A DNA stretch of 46,347 bases, the filler included, from Catajapyx aquilonaris (taxonomy: Eukaryota), in NCBI GenBank assembly GCA_000934665.2. It is 2 parts of 2 records of this genome, joined end to end, with 100 filler letters (N's around TTAATTAATTAA, not from the genome) between each part and the next. Parts side by side here need not be neighbours in the genome. Positions count along the whole stretch, not along the records: positions 1 to 23,127 come from JYFJ02005741.1; 1 more part is not named here. One strand, 5' to 3'. Shown piece after piece: positions 1 through 13,500 of this stretch. Under the pieces are notes generated by a model. The model saw nothing but the letters and a program-made list of their open reading frames with translations. It was not told where the DNA came from and did not search any database. Within the stretch, counting starts at the first letter, position 1; each line of letters starts with the position of its first letter. Made by a program: the position numbers and the translations under genes.

Positions 1-324
1 ACGCGTCACGCGAGAGGTGCTAGGTGAGCGGATTGTTTTGTTGATAGATGGCACTCGGATAGTAACCAACGATGCGATGTGCCATAACGTGGCAACAGCA
101 GAGCCATCTAGCAACTAAAGTCCGCCTCCTAGGAGACGCGCAGATAATCAACAGCGGTTCTGTTGTTGCCAGGTTATGGCGTATCGCGTTGTTGTTTACT
201 TACAACGACACGATACCCCATAACCTGGCAACACCTGCGTGCCATCTATCAACAAAACAGTCCGCTCTACTAGCGCCTCTCGCGTGACGCGTCTGAGCGC
301 ACCCGTTCCTTGTCTATGAACCCC
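1..324. mobile_element. Non-autonomous DNA transposon (MITE), left end cut by the window edge
   Basis: 1-54 is an imperfect reverse complement of 240-292. There is a second internal hairpin at about 164-233. The right end probably continues to ...ctatgaacccc at 324, but the matching left part lies outside the window. Confidence 0.7.
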
Positions 325-1553
325 CTCTAGATGGCGTTTCCGGACATGGTTTCCTATGTCAAAAATGTTTGTCTTGGTCCCCTCTATCACCCCTGCAAGT
401 CTTTGCAGAGTTACAATAAACACCCTGTATAGTATACATACAGATTCTAGCAGTGCGAAAATGGAAAACACCTAATTTGGCATTACACTGAGTACTACAT
501 TGACTAGGATATTCTCCTTACCACTGATCTCCAATCTTCCGGTGTCTGATGCTTGCAATCAACCATAAACAAGATTTTAGTTGCAGGGTTACTTTGTATA
601 TTACACCAATACTAACTTCATAATTATGTGCAACTACATAAATTGACGAGTTTATTATGCAGAATTGGGCATACGGCCTATACAATGTAGCATTCGAAAA
701 TAAATGGGGTGTTTTGGCCCGGTTTTCTCACTACTCTGGTGCAATAAGTGCGTGAACAAAAAATAATGCAGAATCGGAAATTTTACATGTTGCCTCGGGG
801 GAAAATGCCAAATTAGCTTTGGTATTCTCATCAACATGTAAGTCAAGTTCCTCCTCAGCGCAAGGCATTCGCCTGAGATGCATCTAAACGGTCAAAATAA
901 CCGTCAAGTAGCCTATACCTCTATTATATTACCTTCTTTCAACACCCCATAACAATAACCATAGTAATCTGGCTCAAAAACCGAAGCTCCCAGAAGCACT
1001 TTTAGCACAATGCAACACTAATGGCAGCTTGTGGGGCAAGAGCCTTGTCACCTTTCAAGTGTCATTCAATGAAAGCAGATCTAATATTTCTGTTGTCATT
1101 TGACAAAGCTGACTGCAACATTCTTACTTCACATGATTGCAGCCCTACAGCAACGTGTTTTCAAATTGCCTCTATGGTTCCATCAATTCCTTCCTTTCTA
1201 ATAAGGAGATCAGACGCCCCTAGTGGACGAGGCAGTGTCGCCTTTGCCTTCACCTTGTATTATCATATTTTCTTCCACTACAGAGTGTAGAAAATCTGGC
1301 TCTAAATTCAAGACATTAGCACAAAAAATTGGGCCCAGGAATCAAGAGCGAACACCTGTCTCATACAGCTCATTCCTACAACTGGTCCAGCGTGCCAACA
1401 TATTGCGACCATTTATTTTCGTTGCTTCATGCTCTTAGGCCCTAATGGAAACATGGGAATGAATAATTTACTCGACACAAGGTACATGGACAATACTGAT
1501 ATATGAATCCATTATATCTCCCTAGTGAAGGAAACATTTATCGTAACATGGGC

Positions 1554-4500
1554 TCACCCAATCACCACCCTCTCCTTGATGTCGCCATTGGAAGAAGAGA
1601 ACGTGATGAGCGGAATCGTAGTCATGGGCAAGCTGACTTTATCATCTTCTCCGGAGGAATCTTCATCTTCACTCTCGGGCACGCGCTCCTTGCGCTTGCG
1701 TAAATACGGAATGAAGAAGAAGGATTGGTCCTTGCCGAAATTCTCAGCCTCAGCCACGTTGTTTGGCAGAGGTAAATTGGCAGTCTCGGGTAGAAGCAGG
1801 GACATTCCTCCGCCCACGGCAGATGCTAGACCCATGATCAGAAACGGCAGAAGTGTGTCCTGGGTTCCCTATGAATAAATGTGTAATCAGCCTGACTTTT
1901 CGTGGTGGACACTAATGGAGTGCTGGATTTCACTGTCAAAACAAACCGTGGTCAAAACCAAAATCTAAATTGCAAGTTTCGCGTCTAAATATAGCCTACA
2001 TGGTCAATTTCTTTCTGTGTTTACAGCATACTCTAGGCCTGCAGCACTGCCATCATGTTCTGAGGGCTGATGCTATTTATTGCGCTGCATATCGTTGGAC
2101 TTGTATTTGACCATTGAGGGATATAGGCGAGTCAGAGAGGACTTGGTGGGGGTGGGTAAAATGGGTGGTGATAATGGTTGGCTGTCACGTGCCTTCCTCC
2201 CATCAAAGCAAAAATTGATAGGTCTGATATGATGCCGCCCAATTTTACCAGGTTGGTAATGCATGAACATAATTATACGCTTGCTAAAGATCAGGATTCA
2301 TAATTCAGGCAATTGTACTATTTTCTGGCTGGATCTTCAGCAAGTGTAACTTATTATGAGTAGCTACAGTAACATAATAATTATGTCACAGAGGGTACGA
2401 ATACAAGTAAATCTGTGAATGAGAGGAAGACTAGTGAATCTGTCGGCCAGGTACGAATCCAGGGAAGTCAGAAATTCAAATCCCAAAGACTTTCCCTGGA
2501 CTAGTACCCAAACCTCTCATTTCACCGCCATCTACATAAATTACGTAGTGTAAATAAAGTGGTACATTATGACTGTATTGTTATCATCCCTATAGGTGCA
2601 GAATTCCCAGTGCAAAAAAGAATATTACTTGGCAGAGATGTCAATATACAGTACAGGGTGGGCACAAGTTCTCACAATCTTCCAGACAGTTATTTACGCT
2701 ATTTGTAATTTTTTCTGGAAAACTGACGTTTGTAATGATTGTAATCCAATCACGCTAACGGTTCGGGTTGTCTGTAATTTTTGATAGCGCTCAGGCCCGG
2801 ATGATGTCAGATCTATTGCAGCTCTTCAAACTTGAAAGTTGCAAAATCACCTGCCATCTAACGGGCTTAGCCTGGACCAGTCTAGTACTTCTGATAAGAA
2901 ACGTCAGGAAGAAGTTCCCAGCTTGCATTAAAATTTAACCTCGAATATAACTTGGTATGCTCAATTTAACAATATCTCCGTGTAAAGTGTGCGTTTGATA
3001 ATAATTATATTTTTTGAAACCGTGTTTGTAGGATCGTAGCTCCCATATTATTCATGCGACTTTTTCTACACTTATACTCTAACTGAGTACAGTATAACTT
3101 TAGAAAACCTTCAGCATAAAGCTCGGACGGTGTATGTACAAGTATGTCAGTTTGCGCAGGATTGGAAAAATTCGGATAGGTAAAGGCAACGGATTTCTTA
3201 GAGTGAACAGACACGCCCCCCCCCCCCCNTAATAAATGTAATTGACGGTGTATTTCAAAAAGGAATTCGACCGATATCAATTATTTGGTTCTGACATAAT
3301 TTATGAACACTAAAGCATTATTTAGAATAGCGTTATTAGTTACTAACGCGAAAAATTAAAATCAGCAACCTTGCCACATGGGGACTACTTTCAAGGCGAG
3401 AGACAAAAGAGCATCGGGATCCGTGCCCGCGTAATTTCGAAGCATTGTTCGAATCCAAGGCAACGGTGTTCGAATCTCTTCTTTTCACTTCTTTTCGGCG
3501 CGCATAAGCACCATCGGAATAAGGTGTCCGGCTCTGGCGGAGGGATACATGTTGTTATGGTGCCAAAGTGGTGGGGGGGGGGAGAAGGTGGGGAGGAGGG
3601 AGGAGGGAGGAGAGAAGTTTGTTTGGGGGCGGGGCCATGGGCCCAGCAGTTCACTCTAAGAAATCCATTGCCTTTTAGAATCAGATTAATCGTATCGTCT
3701 AATTTGTAGAATCAGTAACGCAACTAAAGCTTAGTAACAAATGCATCATATTACCCTAAACTCTAAAGAAAGTGTAAACTAGGTAATAGTTGGTAAATAT
3801 AGTCTGCCAGTGAGTATCGTAAACATAAAGACAACCTCATACTGCGTCCTGAAGCAGGGTGTCCAAGCCATAAGCGAAGATATAATTATGTGGTGGTGAA
3901 GCATAGTGTCGTCTGTCCCCATGTTCTAACACTGGACATGCAACCTTATGCCGCGCAGCCACATAATTTTTAAGATGCGGGTGCTTTCTCAGATGCATAA
4001 AGTTAGTGCAAGTCATTTCGTTGGCCAAGTGTATAAGAATGATAACTAACAATTTTAGTAACATAAAGTTACCAGCACCAATTAAGTCCAAGCTCCAAAC
4101 TTCATCTAGTGTACTGAACAATATTAATAGTTCGCCTTTAATAAATAACTTACAAAATTAAATACGTATTAATTAATTAATTGGAGTCAAGCATATGTAC
4201 TGCATATCATAGGACATATATGATTTACCAGTTCAAGATTTCGTGGTTTTGGACCATCTGTAAAATGCATAGTCTACACTCTACAGAATGTAACTGACAA
4301 TAACCACTTGGCCATCGATATATATCATGGGTGCTTATACAAGTACAGCAGTTAGAAATACACTGAGAAGTTAGACCGTTAACAGCCCATTAATTATACA
4401 AGGAGGTCATCAGAAAAATCTAGTCCACATATTAGTTCCCAAAATGAGCTAAGCTTGTTAATCTATAAGACTATAAAAAAATGCGGCCATCCCTTACTTC

Positions 4501-7500
4501 GACCTTACGTCATCGTTTTGTTTACCGACTCCTAGTCAATGAAATCTGCCAAACGCACCCCTGGAACCTCACACTTTTCAAGTTTCCATGGAGATGCCTT
4601 CACACAACAATATATTGGAGTAAACATTGTTCTTTTCTTGTTGACACTGTTTGCTCCAATTGTTACGTGAGGAAATTTCCGTGGAAACTTGAAAAGTGTG
4701 AGGTTCCAGGGGTGCGTTTGGCAGATTTCATTGACTAGGAGTCGGTAAACAAAACGATGACGTAAGGTCGAAGTAAGGGCGGGCCGCCTATATCCTGGCC
4801 TATATTTTTGGTTGGAAACAACTTTTCTGTTGCTGTATGAGGATCTAAATCTACAGAGAATTTGGGAATAATTAAAAAATAATATTATTAATACCGACAT
4901 GATATGTAATCTCGGTAGTGTCATTGTTTTATTGGCATTTGTGTAGCCACGGTGCAACAAGAAATATTATTCTGCTTCCCACCAGAAAATTAATACCTAC
5001 ACAGAGTATATTAGAACTGGCCTACTCAAATTATCTTCACTATTTCCCATTTCTTTTGAAGAAACGGAGGCTTGTCAAAATATTTATGAGGGAGGTAAGC
5101 ACTAATTATGTCAAAAAAGTTTCGGACAATCATTTGTCCAAGACTTTTTAAATGCCTAAAAACACATCTCACAAGTCATTGGTTTGAGGAAAACATATCA
5201 CACAGGTGGAGTATCACAAGCATTATTTTGTAACAAACTGTCGTGCTAATAATGATTATTATGTTATTACTTATTATGTTGGAAAACACAAATCCTTACC
5301 AGGTAGACCACGTAGGGAGCAAAACAGTTGGCCAGATGTCCTGATACGTGAACCAGGCTGCTTCCTTGACCCCTCAGGTTTGTTGGCACAAGCTCCATAG
5401 TATATTGCAGGGCTCCATTCAGCGTCATAGTAATGAAGAATCGGCCCACCATGGCCAGTATCGCAATTGGAAGAGGATTTCCTTCACCCCAAAGAAATTT
5501 TTACAATAGTAAATTGCCTTTTAAAAATTTAATTAAGAACCAATCCAAGGAAGTTTAAACGTCAGTACAGGACGTCAGTCCAGTTATTATTTAAATATAT
5601 TGCCATGGTATTCTTCAATTAGTGGACATGACCCATTCATTAGTTTAATTCTCGTTTCAATCATATAAGTTAATATGCAATCCTATGCTTACCATATGCC
5701 ACAGCAGCAGCAATCAAGTAAACAATTCCACTCAGGAGGAGAGACGATGCGGTGGTCCAACGTCGCCCCAGGTGATCCAGTAAATACATGGTCACGATAT
5801 CTGCAGGTAGTTCCAGGACACCAGCAATAGTGAAAGTCAAATAGAGGCTGTAGTCCAGGTTGTCAATGTTGCGGACATGACCATCATAGCAAACCGATGT
5901 CACCATCCTGTACAGTACAATAATTCTGTATTGTATTTATCGATGAACATGTAAAAGTGAGACAACTGCACAAGAGGAGCTCACAAGCAAAACTATCAGC
6001 TATCTCCAACTGTGGGGAAAAATGAGTTTGAAGTGGCATTTGATTCTTCATGTTGCCCTCTACCTATAGTACCCAAATATGGTGTAGGACAGCCACTTAG
6101 AAATTGGTGTAAAATGGCTCCAAATGTGCGTGTCCTAAGCTAAAACAGCTAAATCCTAGCCATAAAATTGGTTTGTTTCATGCAAAAGCAGCTAGCTCCA
6201 AGTTTATGTACATAACAAGCCAGCTCAAATGCTATAAATTTTTCCGTAATGTTAAATGTGTTAAATGTAGTTTTTTTCGTGTCTATATGAAACAACATGA
6301 GACTGTCTCATGAGTGGTGGAAATCAGAATTTTAACACTCTCCATATTATTGTTAAAATATAATTTCTGTGGAAAAAAATACTTTTTTCTACAAGCAAAA
6401 CCAGCTATCTCCAAACCGACCTCTCAATTTGTGGCTAACCTACCAATCCGCGGTTTTCAAAACTGACATTTAAACAAGATGGGCAAATCACGTGAGCGTG
6501 ATTTATATAGAGTAGACTTTTCTCATGTTTACCGAGCTATTGTCCCCAACGTCAGTCACGGGACTGGGAGGGGGTAAAGGGTAAAGGGTGATCTGGGGGA
6601 GGGGGCGGTGGGGGGGACTGGGAGGTCAGGGGGAAACGGATGGTTTGGAGAGATTGGGCGATCAAGGGGAGGAGGTAGTGGGTGGAGGGAGAAGCCAGGG
6701 GGAAGTGGCGGATAGAGTGAACCCGGAACCCGAAAATCGAAAAAAGTATTTTAGCACGGCTCTGTCTGTCTGTGATACCTGTCTACAGACAGACAGACAG
6801 AGCCGTTCTATAAGACTTTTTATTCGAAAAAGTCTAAAATGCATAAAAATGCCATCTCGTGACTTCCCCTATCAGCTACTTTCAGTTTGCAACCGTTGCC
6901 AAATGACAGGTTTTTCTCCTCTCCTGTACAATTGCTTATTATGGAGTTAGCTGCTTTTGCTTTCGACCTCTTCGTCGTGCGAATCGAATCTTCATGTCGC
7001 TCTCTGTTTTTCAATAAAGGGATAAGCTAACAAGCAACATGCCTCCCTTCCCTTCACTTCCCCAAATGCTCAACTTGACGCATGTATGCAAGGTTTCAAA
7101 ATTAACGCACCAAACGATGGTCATGATGACGATGTTCTTACGCAAGCCTGGCGAACGGAATAAATCCAAAAATGACTCGTGCTCTTTCTTCTTCTCCGCC
7201 GCCAATTTTTGACCTGCAGCCTGCAAAAGTATTAAAAAGGTGAGGAAAGAAAATAGAGCATAACGTGAAATGAAACCAAAAAGGCAACAATGTTTGCGAT
7301 ATTCCTTGACCGGGAATCGAACCCGGGACCTCTCCCCTGTTAATCAGGGAAGCACTCTGGCCACTGAGCTATCAAGGATTCAATCGCATATTCCTATAGC
7401 TACACTGTGACCAGAATAACGTACAAACTGACCCGGAATTCCTCATAAGCTGATTCAGGTACCTCCCTTTTGTTGACTTTGGCCACATGTCTGAGTATTT

Positions 7501-10500
7501 TTTCAGCTTTGTCTACACGACCCTTCGACAAAAGCCACCTCCCGGATTCTGGCACAAACCTGAAACCATTTTGGATGTGATTATGAGTACAATATTACTA
7601 AGTATTATGTCGTGGGAAATCAGAAATATATATACACACACAATGCACTTACCACGGAGCCAGTATAACGGCGGCAAAGGGAATAGATAAGACCAAGGCC
7701 AAGGTCCTCCAATTCCAAATGGCATATGCCATCCATGGCAGTGTAACTAATCCGACAGTCAGAAAAAATGCCATGGGCAAATTAGCAGCAATAGATCGCT
7801 TCTCAGCACTCACGTACTCTTGCACTGAAATATGATCATTCGTGTTAAAATTGACGTAACATTCATGCGAATTTTTTTCTCACTCAAAATAATATTAGTA
7901 AAGAAATTATCAAGCTCCAAATATTACCAGACATACGGTAATGTCTTACAAAAAATTTGCACTATCCAGCCCATTGCTTCAATTCACAATAATTGCTTCA
8001 TTCCGAGACTATGCTCAATTACCCTTCGCATGTCGTGGATTCCTCACCGTGAAGCATTCTCAGATTGGTCACGAAAAACACATAAGCAGAATTCCACTAC
8101 ATATCATATGGCGCTCTAACCCTTCTCCCCATCATTCTCCGGTTCAGCTCACACTACTCTTTACTTACAAATGATGTATATCATAGTGTAGAAGGTGTCA
8201 ATAGAGAGTCCGGTGACAAAGCGGCAGAGAGTGAAGATGATGAAGCTGTTGGCAAAAGCTGTGGCGACAGTTGAGACACAAGCCAACAAGTTTGATGCCA
8301 TCAGGACCGGAAGACGACCCCATCGGTCAGCTGCCCACCCGAACAAGATGGTACCGAGCATGCTACCCATGAAGCACACTGTCTGAGCTGCGCTTGCCTT
8401 CCAATCATCATCGCACACCCAATCAAGCTGGAAAAAGCAATATTATGTGTATATGTACAGTACAACGAATTTAGAGATTATTTATCTGGCATACGGTATG
8501 CCATTGACTTGCTTCCTAAACGCTTTTTCAAAAAAAAACTAAACACTTTTTAGGTACTGGTATGAAACTTTGTGAAACACTCTCTGTTGACTATTTTCAA
8601 TAATAGCACAACATGATTGTATTATGCAATTTGTTGGTATTGTCAGTCTCTCTTCAAAGGGAAGGTCACACCCAACGCCTTACCTGACTCCCACTTCCTC
8701 TCAGCCATCACTGAATGACTCTAAAGTAGGGCAAACACTTTTAATGTCAGAGAACCCTAAAAATAGGCACTATAAGAGTCTTCAGAGAGACCTTAAAACA
8801 GAGAATGAAAGGAGAAATTTGTAAAATACCTTTCATTTTTATGGCTTGGAATTTCCGGCTAGAGCAAGTTCCAGAATCATTTGCATTTTGGAGGTTCCCT
8901 TTTCTAACATGGCAAAACTCATAAGACCAATTTCAAAATTGCTAATCCCAACTTTGCGCCCACTTCCCCTGCAAAATTTATTCTATAACGCTATAATTAC
9001 ATCCCGATAATTACATTATGATATATAATCATTATTATACATCCCACAGATCAAAATTGCAAACAATATCTTCCAAACTCCGAGTCGGTATTTGGGTTTA
9101 CGAGACAGGCAATCAGAGTTTGAAAAATAATGTTGTAGTACAATAAAAATTGAGTAGGCCAAGTACAGTACGGCTTATAGAGAACATTTATAATATGGAG
9201 TAGGAGAGATAGTAAGGGGACACTATTGCGAAACCCACTCTCTTCATTGTGATGTTCAAGGAAATCAGAGGTAGGTAACATTCCAATAATTATTAAAAAT
9301 AGATAGTTGTAATTTTCATGACTGTTGTAGCAATAATTATATTTTAATCGAACATGTTGCATCCTTCCCTCAGAATACGTACTGTGTCAATGCAAGAATA
9401 TAAGACTTTTAAAAACTTTACTTGAAGCCGAATAATTATGAATAAACCCGAGCAGTTTTGTTGTCATAAACCAAACATCTAAAAGCTGGATTAGCTCATT
9501 TATCAGAGTATCAATGATTAACATGACAATTTGTGTAAGAAAGTAAGATAAAAATGGTTAGATTTTGGAAACTGGCGGGATAACGCCAAACACTACATTA
9601 TCTGGATGATATTCACTGTAAGAAAATAAGTAGTACCATATTTATTTTCACGAAACGATTTAAGATTAAATATGTTTTTTATAGATGCTAGAATTTTTCC
9701 TCTGCGTAACTCTACACTCCGTGATATCTGCTAAACAGAGGGAATTAAGTTTCATGAGCGTACTGTAAAACATCATGAAAAACCTACCGTAAGTTAAATT
9801 TTTATTATTCTACATTTTAGCTATACGATTGACTTAGAAAGCTATTTGTTAAGAACCGTTGCTGTTTGGACAGGAAAGGCGTGTCTTCTAATTCCCTCTC
9901 CAAGTTTTGGTAACGTAACGTAAGCTCACAAACTTTGCAAAGTTATAGAGTCATATTGTTATCTATCACATTTCGAACTGTGAACTATGAACTGGTTTTA
10001 GGAAAGTGCCCCTATTTATTTCAGATATTGGAGAAGTCACTGTCCTGCTCATAGATGATGATATTAATGAGCTGATATTCAGGACTTTAGCATTGTGCAT
10101 CCAACAGATATGACAGGTTGCAGTGATAATTTTGATAACAGTTGCACTATATATATTTAATGAGTGTCATTGTCGAGTTCAAACAAACACCGTCACGTAG
10201 AAAATGATTTCAAGGTATCAGGATGTTTCAGAAAGAAACCGACAGACTTTCATGGTGACCTCGTGCTATCTGGTTTACTAGTACAACGTACTGTGGAGTG
10301 TCGTACCTGATCAAAAATCCCATCAGTTTCGCGAATTATAAAGGTTGCCACTACAACTTGTGCGAGAACTTCTGTGGTCACTGGGATCTCGTATACTGTA
10401 CGCTCAACACTTGCTGCACTTGGTAGAGTACCACAAATGATAGCAAGTTCTGAATACCGATACATCATTATAGGTTCAAGTAAAATGCATTTGGGCAGGG

Positions 10501-13500
10501 GCTGACTATCAAAAATGCACCCAACACAGCTGATGGACATACAGAAAGTAGGTCGCTAGTCCCTATCATGGAGGAGTTAAGTTCCCTTGTATGTGCCCTA
10601 GCAGCTAGCTCTTGAGCTAGCTCCTACTATCCGTTTATTTAATATAGAGCCCTGTGTTTGACTCTAAATAACTCCCAGGCAAATTATCCAATAAAATAAC
10701 GTTATATAACGTTCGAAAGCTTGTTTAAGTCCACGTTACATATATGCGAGTTGTTTTCCTATCATCGGTCTCTAATTTTTTATCGTAAAAAGAAGGCGGA
10801 AAAGTGTCATTTTTTGACTAGTTGCCAACGTTGCACCGCAAAGTGAATTTTTTTATGACACTTTCAGGAGGCCAAAAAAATCCCCCTGTGAACCCTGGGT
10901 AGTGCGCATCTTTGTGTATCTAATGATATATTTGAAACATTTAGATCGCCATTTCTGTAATCATAATTAAGTTAATTGCACACCTCTGTTATCTCGGCCG
11001 TTTATAATCCGATTTACTTCTTGAATGTCTCCACGGCAAGCCAGAAATGTGCATGATAAAATTACACAGAGATCTATTACACTAAAGATTTTAAACGTAT
11101 TAAAAAGTATCGACGTCTATTCCCGCCAGAAAGCGGGCTGGGTCCTTTTCTATTAAACTTACTAAAACAATCCTTTTATAATTTTAGTGTAATAGAGCAC
11201 AATGTAATCTTATCACGCACATTTCTGGCTTGCCGTGGAGACATTCGCGAAGTAAATCGGATTATAAACGGACGAGATAACAGAGGTGTGCAATTAACTT
11301 AATTATGATTACAGAAATGGCGATCTCAATGTTTCAAATATATCATTAGATACATAAAGATGCGCACTACCCAGGGTTCACAGGGGGATTTTTTTTGGCC
11401 TCCTGAAAGTGTCATAAAAAATTCACTTTGCGGTGCAACGTCGGCAACTAGTCAAAAAATGACACTTTTCCGCCTTCTTTTTACGATAAAAAATTAGAGA
11501 CTGATGATAGGAAAACAACTCGCATATATGTAACGTGGACTTAAACAAGCTTTCGAACGTTATATAACGTTATATTTTTGGATAATTTGCCTGGGAGTTA
11601 TTTAGAGTCAAACACAGGGCTCTATATTAAATAAACGGATAGTAGGTTGTGTCTTAGGTTGCGCGCTTGCAAGCCGTCTAGGCTCTAGGGGCCGGACTCT
11701 TGCGCCTCTGTCCTTGTGTGGATGGGTGCAAACCTTCCAGGATACGCTGCAGTCGTGGCAAATTCTAGTATTCTACCACTGCACTGCACTGGGTCAAAAA
11801 TATTATTTTTTAATGACACTGAAGCCAACAGACCTCCCCACAAAATGAAATATCCGACTGATGACGCAAGTCCTAAGGGTCGAAAAATTTATTGTTTGGT
11901 TCGAAAGGACACAGCAGTGCCGAACTAATAATAATAATAATAATAATAATAATTGTGGGTAATGCTTTCACCCCTTCCGGGGTATATCGCATGAACCTTT
12001 ATTTTATTTTCCAATTTTTCTTTTAACTTCCACTCCGGTGCAAGGAATCAAGGAATTTGGGTAAGGATAGGGATTTTTCGGGGAGGGAACATGGGTGCAA
12101 GGTGCAATGTCATAGCTATGGGCACGGTCATATAAGTAAGGTCTGGTCACTCCCACCCACCCCCTGCCGGGGCGTTTTGCAGCGGGCGCTCACCTGAGAG
12201 CGCCAGGAGTCATTTCCGGGGCCACGACATAGTGGCGACCCTACCGGACTAAGGCGGAACTTTATAGGTACGAAAGGGGAGGGGCTACATTGGGGGGCCC
12301 AACATGGCCGCCGGCGGCCATGTTGGGCCCCCTTCGTACCTATAAAGTTCAGCCTTAGTCCGGTAGGGTCGCCACTATGTCGTGGCCCCGGAAATGACTC
12401 CTGGCGCTCTCAGGTGAGCGCCCGGTGCAAAATGCCTCGGCAGCTGATAACGCCAGAACGTAGTATAAGTGTCCGTGGGCTGGCTATGGGTCATGTGCTG
12501 TTCCCCAGGAGGTTAGGTTGCCAGACACATCCTTGGTGCAGGTCAGAGACCCTCCCGACGCAGGTGAAAGGAAAGTTCCCCAGGCGGGGATCGAACCTGG
12601 GGCCTTTCACTCAGCAAGCCGTGACGTTACCATCACGGCCACCACACCTCCCCCAGCAGTGCCGAACTAAATATACGGTACCGGTATTATGTCCGTGGAA
12701 GGTTTTTTTTTCTGAACATAAAGCAATAATCCTATATGCATGAAAATAAACAATCATGTATATACAGTACTTCCAGCCATAGTATACGTGCCCTGATGCA
12801 ATCTCGCGGAAACTGCATTTTTGTGTAGAGATCAGTGGACTTGTGAAGGTGACCCTATACCCGGTAAATTCGTGGATGTGCAGAAACATGAGTTATGAGC
12901 AGTCATCAAGTTCCTCCTCGCATTAATCTTTCTTGCACTTATCTGACTCGCTGTCTGCGGCCGAGAAACCTTTATACATGTAGATCATCCAGTGCAATAT
13001 CGAGCACTGACTAATAAGATAACACAGGTCTGTATACTGCCCACCTTCGGTCTCCTTTTCACTATATCTGAGGCAATGAACTTCACATACTGATTTGTAG
13101 GCTCTCTTCTCTCTTGTTATCAAGCACATGGCTATTGTAATGGTCACGATTTCATACCTGAGACACGATGGTCGAGTAGAATTCTTGAGTGTCATAGTCC
13201 CAGCCATTTCTGCACGAGGTGGTGGACCAAGAGTTATTTCGAGTGAGGTTTTCTTCAAGTACCTGCAAAAGATCGACACCATTTCAAATTCCCAGTCGAG
13301 CTGACTTTTGTCCTTACTGTACAGGACAGCGTTTTTTAAACATCGTGCTGTTACCTGGACAATAACTGACACTGGCCAAAAAGATACATTTCCAGCTAAA
13401 CACTATCATATTATACTGTATATTACGTGCGCAATAGCGAAGTAAACGTAAAAATGATATACAGTATTGCAATAAATAATCCTCAGATTATGTGTGCTTT

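Noticed and set aside
4481..4960. Two ORFs with near-identical peptides on opposite strands
   Set aside because: A by-product of the palindromic MITE.
12923..13372. 149-aa minus-strand ORF
   Set aside because: Overlaps the true SLC22 exon 2 (13158-13262), which is read in a different frame.
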